Origin: Candidatus Sigynarchaeum calidifontis
Lineage (GTDB): Archaea; Asgardarchaeota; Lokiarchaeia; Sigyniarchaeales; Sigyniarchaeaceae
Assembly: GCA_030587475.2 (NCBI GenBank)
Contig: JAUQYZ020000219.1
Location: 1-15,709, forward strand
Direction of reading: 5' to 3'
Length of the DNA: 15,709 nucleotides
A program made the translations under genes and the position numbers. Under the pieces are notes generated by a model. The model was given only the letters and a program-made list of their open reading frames with translations, searched no databases and had not been told where the DNA came from. Of the stretch, positions 14,666 through 15,709 are shown one piece after another (position 1 is the first letter of the stretch; every line of letters begins with the position of its first letter).

Positions 14666-15451
14666 ATGGTCGTGATGCACCTATATTTCAAAGATCCGTA
14701 TCAATGGTTTGGATATATAGGGTCGATAATGAGCCTTGGCGTCGGAACCTTCGTTCTCGCTTTGCTCGTGGCACGGTACAAGCAATCGAAGATTCAAGCT
14801 ATCAAGCACCTCCGGAACATGATGCTGTTCGTCGTTATGGCCGTGTTGATCGATTTCATCGTCACGACTGTCCACGCCTCGATGCCGGGTGCACAGAAAC
14901 CGATCGATTATATCGCCCTCGGAACCCACATGTCGTTCACTTGCAACGCGATCTCCAACATTTTCTTGCTGTTTTTCATCAAGGTGGTTTTTTTCAACGA
15001 AGGTAGTAAAAAAGGCCTAGACATGCTCACCACCCTGGCGGTCATCGAAGCATCGATCGGCCCTTTGCTCATAATGTTTTTTTTCGTGAAAGTGGCCGAG
15101 GGGACATTGGTCATCTTGATCGTGCACGCCGGGGCGGCGTTGACCATTTATCTCATCCAAGCCAAGAATGCTTTGAAATTGCGAGCCCGAATCAAGGGTG
15201 ATGAAAAAAGGCGGTTTGAGGCCATTGGGCTCGTGTATATAAGCGCATCTGGTATCCTCCTTTTCATGGCCATCGTGATGTTCATCCTCCATGAAATACT
15301 TCTTCTCGTTCCATTTCGGGAATACTTGACGATAATGTTCGGTTGGCTCCTCGGCGCTGTCGCCGCCGTTGCCATCTATCTCGGGTACACGCCGCCGGCG
15401 TGGTTGCGGGACCGATGGATGCACGGCCCAGGCCTTGACAGGCCTAAATAG
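14666..15451 (+). CDS. Hypothetical 7-TM integral membrane protein
   Basis: Seven hydrophobic segments and C-terminal YLGYTPPAWLR, reminiscent of an expanded Lokiarchaeia-type membrane protein family (recollection, not searched). Confidence 0.75.
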   Translation: MVVMHLYFKDPYQWFGYIGSIMSLGVGTFVLALLVARYKQSKIQAIKHLRNMMLFVVMAVLIDFIVTTVHASMPGAQKPIDYIALGTHMSFTCNAISNIFLLFFIKVVFFNEGSKKGLDMLTTLAVIEASIGPLLIMFFFVKVAEGTLVILIVHAGAALTIYLIQAKNALKLRARIKGDEKRRFEAIGLVYISASGILLFMAIVMFILHEILLLVPFREYLTIMFGWLLGAVAAVAIYLGYTPPAWLRDRWMHGPGLDRPK

Positions 15452-15709
15452 GCTAATTCACGTACGTGGTTTTTTAATGGGAATAGATCCATATATTTTT
15501 ATGTTGACTAACAAAAAGGTTAATTCTTCAGATTCTCTAACCACAAAAACCATTCTTGCTAACTAATCTATTTGTCAAGTGACAACGAAATCCTTTTATA
15601 CCCAGCGATTGAAGTTATACATACCATCCAACTCCAGTTATAGGTACACAACATCTGGAATTCCTTATCAAGATGATATGAGATGAGCCTATTTTCAATA
15701 TTCAAGCGG

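Noticed and set aside
14666-15451. Rhodopsin
   Set aside because: No Lys in the seventh helix and no rhodopsin motifs.

Overview
GC-rich archaeal-type chromosomal window, most consistent with an Asgard (Loki-like) archaeon. This is an inference from the CCA-less tRNA, TATA-like and GAGGT(GA) signals, oligo-T tracts, DUF166, Lrp/AsnC and a 7-TM protein ending YLGYTPPAWLR. In order it contains: a glycoside-hydrolase-like hypothetical gene divergent from an SGNH hydrolase; a start-less small ORF; an atypical tRNA-Cys(GCA) with a long variable arm; an orphan beta-class DNA methyltransferase ending in a PCNA-interaction (PIP)-like motif; a co-oriented cluster of an SCP2-domain-fused glycyl radical enzyme, its activating enzyme, a gamma-carbonic-anhydrase-like protein, a Dus-family enzyme and an MFS transporter; an internally deleted dihydrolipoamide-dehydrogenase-like pseudogene; two tandem paralogous ~60-aa zinc-ribbon-like microproteins missed by the ORF track; DUF166; a divergent Lrp/AsnC regulator; a 7-TM membrane protein; and an AT-rich end. 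The best novelty candidates are the SCP2-GRE system, the PIP-tailed orphan MTase, the class-II-shaped tRNA-Cys and the tandem microproteins, one of which apparently starts at ACG.
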